DNA of 64,000 nucleotides from Rhizodiscina lignyota (taxonomy: Eukaryota): NCBI GenBank assembly GCA_010015805.1, contig ML978123.1:620001-684000 (forward strand). The letters run 5' to 3'. Under the pieces are notes generated by a model. The model saw nothing but the letters and a program-made list of their open reading frames with translations, had not been told where the DNA came from and searched no databases. The translations under genes and the position numbers were made by a program. Shown here in pieces: positions 60,162-64,000 of the stretch (position 1 is its first letter; the number at the start of each line of letters is the position of its first letter).

Positions 60162-60832
60162 AGAGTTCGTAGTCACTCAAAAGTGACTCGCGTGTTCCTT
60201 GAAGCGGCTCAGAAACTTTGCGCTTTAATAGACATCAAGGTTCGCAGATCAGCTTCAAGATCAGCCTCAAAGCAATTCAGAGCTCGTGGGGTGCAGCAGA
60301 AAGAAGGCGACGTAATATAAGATGTTGAATGAAGGAAAGAGGAACGTCTCGTGGAAAGTCGCGTTGAAGAACGCCAAGCCTCATTGTCACATTGTCGTGC
60401 CACCACCTCCGCCGGCATCGGTCCCGCAAGTGTTATCATCTCATCCCATTGCACTTACAATTTTCAAATTTCGTAAAAGGCTGAGCGGAAGCGCTTTATC
60501 CCTTTGCACGTTTGTAAAATCTCACATTTATGTCTGCGTCTGACGCGTCGGCAGCATAAAGCCGATGAGCAGGAATCTTCATATCAAGACGAGGTACTCC
60601 GTACTCCTTGACCTTCTTGTTTCCGTTGGTAACTTTTAGTTTTCGACAGAAGAGTTCCGGTTGAATCCGCTCTGAGTTCTCAATAATTTTATAGCCTTCT
60701 CTGATCTGTCTTTCATTCTCCCTGTACACTAAAGCCATCTCTTGACGAGGGCCTTGGATCGAGTACCTTCGTTGTGACCCGACAGCTTTAGAGACCTTTG
60801 AACTGATCCTGTTCAACTCTAGCTGATCCACT

Positions 60833-62880
60833 ATGGCCATCGATACATACCGCATGTGGGTTGGCGGAGCTGAGAAGCCTGGAAGTGGAGAACAGTCCGT
60901 GTCTTCCACCGATCACCTAATTCAAAGCAAGGACTGAGACAAGAGTCAGAATTCCTGTAGAAGATCCTGCTACCAAGGAAATTTTTGCCTAGTAATATGG
61001 CCCGAACAATCGTCCGGAAACTCTCAATTGGACTAACTCGAGTAAAGTTGCCATAGTGCTTCACCCGAGGATGTCAACACAGCTGTCAAGACCGCTTATG
61101 ATACGCACAAATCAGGAGTATGGGGCAAAGCTACACGATTCGAGCGCGCCGATGTCCTGGACAAGATCGCCGATCTCTTGCAGGCGAATCTTAAACCCTT
61201 AATTGCTCTGGAAGTGCTGCAAACTGGACGAGCATTCCGAGAGATGAACGCCCAGGTGCCATCGCTCGTGAAGTGGTATAAGTACTATGCTGCAGTTCTC
61301 AGGACAGAAGAGAGGCCAGTCGTACCGACTTCAGGAAAGCTACATAACTGGATTGACAGAGTTCCAATTGGGGTTATCGCTCAAATAACACCTTTGTGTG
61401 TCCTGACAGGATGGCTCTGTACGACGAATATTATGCTAATGCGACTCGTAATTCAGTAACCACCCACTGTTGATTGCCACCAAGAAGATAGCACCGGCCC
61501 TGGCGGGCGGCAACTGCTTGGTGGTTAAGCCTTCAGAATTGACGCCGATCAGCACTATACTCCTCGGGAAATTGTTTAAAGACGCTGGCCGTACGCTCTC
61601 ATGGTCGAAAAGGAAGGTTCCATACTGATTCGTGTTCAGTACCCGATGGTGTCTTCAATGTAATACCTGGCTACGGCATTGGCACAGGCAAAGCGCTCAT
61701 CGAACATCCACTGGTGAACAAGATTGACATCACCGTAGGTTTGACTAATGATTGCTTGTACCTAAATATTAATCATAAAACAGGGTAGCACCAATGCGGG
61801 ACGGGCCATCGGAGCAGTTGCAGGGCAGAAGCTAAACTCCTTTACGGCCGAGCTGGGCGGTAAAGCACCGCTCGTTGTGTTTGGTATTCACAAAGTCTCC
61901 TTTTCGAGGAGGCTAAGTATATTGACTGGGCCATCGCAGAAAAGGCGGACATGGAATTAGCCGTGAACGGCATCGCCTTTGCATCGTTCATCGCAAGCGG
62001 ACAAGTACGCCCTCGGAAGATATGAGAAGAGCTTTCGCTAATGTAGATGCAAGACATGCATCGCAGCAACTCGCATTCTTGTCCAGAACTCGATCATGGA
62101 TCAACTCATCCCTAAGCTTAAAGCCAAGTGCGAGTCGATATTCCGACGGATGGGTTCACCGAACACTGCAGAATGCGCAATGGGTCCAATGGTATCCGAA
62201 CGTCAGCTTGATAATGTTGCCAAAATCGTGGATGAGGCCGTTAAACAGGGGGTCAGCATAGTTACAGGGGGGGAGCAGATGTCTGGAAAATCCCAGATTG
62301 ACGATCAAGATTTCTCGAAAGGTTATTACTACCCACCGACTGTGTTGAACGACAGCCCGAAAGCGAAGATTACAGACACACGCTTGTGGAAAGAAGAGGC
62401 GTTTGGGCCGGTAATTGTGGTGGTTGGCTTCGATTCCGAAGATGAGGCGGTTGCTCTTGCCAACGACTCAGAGTTCGGTCTTGGGGCGGCCCTGTGGACG
62501 ACCGATCTATCGCAAGCATTTCGAGTCTCCGAACGTATTGACGCTGGAATTACTTGGGGTAGGCAACGCAATGTCTCCAATTATTACGTTCATTTGCCAG
62601 TGAGCTGACTTTTCATGTTACAGTCAATACGCATCACCGAAATGACCCAAGTAGCCCTTGGGGTGGAATGGGTAACTCCGGTGTTGGCAGCGAGAATGGT
62701 ATAGGTACGTGTCCGCTCGTGACAATCTCTCTCTCAATTCTATTCCACTGACTAGTCGCAGATGCCTACAACGCTTATACGAAGATGAAGAGCACGATCA
62801 TCAACTACGCCAGCACTGAAGAGAGTCTTGCCAGTGACGACTGGTTCCGAGAAGATGGCGGCAGTGTCAGATATAACTAG
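60833..62880 (+). CDS. Aldehyde dehydrogenase with nine predicted introns (60895-60949, 60992-61047, 61396-61456, 61591-61639, 61735-61783, 61884-61939, 62005-62053, 62559-62623, 62705-62761)
   Basis: Spliced product contains ITPFNHP, KPSELTP, TGST, ELGGK (catalytic Glu), SGQTC (catalytic Cys), EEAFGPV, ANDSEFGL and PWGG...SGVGSENG. Confidence 0.92.
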
Positions 62881-63258
62881 ACATTAACGAGTATGTCGGC
62901 AATATCACAGCAGTATCATGGGAGACCGCAGCCATTCAGTCATCTCCTCTAAAGCGGCTGCCTCTCTATCTGGCTCCCTCCAGTAGTTCCAGCAAAATCT
63001 CAATTTATCGGGAAGGCGTATCTCAGCTACCCTCAAACGCTTCCGCTCAGTGAAGTCCGTCTCAATCATTTCATTGTTATTATCTGCAAGAATCTTAATT
63101 GCGCGAACGTGTCCTGGAAGATAAATTTACAAACCAGTCACACTGTTACTGGCATTCTTGGTTCTCTTCAACCTGACAATTTGACATCGACTCATTGGTC
63201 ATGGAAAGCAACAAGCTGACTGCGTTCATCTATCAGTCCACTTTCAACAACCCATCTA

Positions 63259-64000
63259 TCAACCCTCAAGCGGCTGATCCTCATAAAACACTAGGCACCT
63301 GATCTCGACGCTCTCCCTCGTCGTGTCATCATGATTGGTAGGATCGGTGAACGCCGAATGCGGCACTCGTCGTGCGGTCTTGCCATCACGAATAGTATCG
63401 AAACATTTGATAAGCAGACACTCGCCCGGTTTCATACCGTCGACATAGTACCACTCATGCTCCGGGTTGTACTTGCAGTATAGAAGCTCGAAGCGATCAC
63501 CTTCTGTAAGAGTTGCGTATCGGTGTTGAGTAGGCCCGTCTTTAGGGGGAAAATAGACGGGGATGGGGATAAGGTCCTCGTCTTTCGCCGTTCGCGCATC
63601 GCACATAGCGAGGGGGTCCTGATTGAAATCAATTCAATTTTGAGCATTTTAAGGAGCCGGAAGTCTCTCTCACCTTGTGGACGGGTTTGATAGGTCGCCA
63701 GCAGTTGATGATCGACCAGCGGCTTTTAGCTAGCTTCGCAGCAAGTTCCGGTGGGTGGATGTTGTCGTCTAGGACCTCCCGTGCTCCGACCTCTGATTGA
63801 TCAATGTGGATAAAGCGGGCAGGAGTCACATCTTCGACCTCGGCGTTGTCATCAGCGAGAGACGCGTCAGACTTGACTTTGGCTTCGGCTGCGTCTCGGG
63901 AATTGTTTCTGAGAATGTGCGAGAAGACGACGACACGGCTTGCGCCGGTACTGTGATTACGCAAGAGATTAGCTGACCTTGAGATTGCACGACACTGGCG
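63259..64000 (-). CDS. AsaB/CmcJ-like (GA4 desaturase family) hydroxylase/desaturase; 5' end lies beyond the window; intron 63619-63673 and an acceptor at 63951
   Basis: TGASRVVVFSHILR, PARFIHIDQS, IINCWRPI...DPLAMCDART, HEWYY..M.P.E.LLIKCFD, VPHSAF.DP and RESVEIRCLVFY. Confidence 0.85.

Noticed and set aside
60496..60909. 137-aa minus-strand ORF overlapping the ALDH start
   Set aside because: No recognisable domain; it overlaps ALDH exon 1 antisense and lies in the taf11/ALDH divergent promoter.
1..64000. tRNA, rRNA, snRNA, TPP riboswitch, CRISPR array, transposase/LTR or RIP-degraded AT-rich blocks
   Set aside because: I saw no diagnostic signatures by eye; tRNAscan-SE, Infernal and RepeatMasker runs would be needed to exclude them formally.

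Overview
Gene-dense eukaryotic DNA from a filamentous ascomycete (Pezizomycotina). Short GT-AG introns with CTRAY branch points and fungal protein families support this; Dothideomycetes is only a guess. I built about 30 spliced gene models by hand. Housekeeping genes include Sec39, a (6-4) photolyase/cryptochrome, Mrl1, Ku80, RPS7, TAF11, a DnaJ protein, GST and ALDH. Accessory genes include a family III CoA-transferase, a 2OG-Fe(II) oxygenase, GFA/Mss4, an SDR, a 2,2-dialkylglycine decarboxylase, a HET-domain protein, a cupin and an AsaB/CmcJ-like enzyme, plus one clear metallo-beta-lactamase pseudogene. I could not support any rRNA, tRNA, CRISPR array, transposon or backbone-enzyme biosynthetic cluster. 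The best leads are: (i) an intronless, bacterial-looking secreted DUF4185-like beta-propeller protein; (ii) a NYN/PIN-like + CCCH protein with a Regnase-like layout; (iii) a HeLo-like/STAND N-terminal domain fused to an unusual C2-like body, with a possible short stand-alone isoform; (iv) a dialkylglycine decarboxylase ending in a PTS1 (SRL); (v) a CBM52-linked glycosidase-like enzyme of unassigned family; (vi) a GATC inverted repeat in the photolyase promoter; (vii) a TACTCCGTA word found only in intergenic DNA. All family calls come from motif recognition, not database searches, and intron coordinates are manual predictions.
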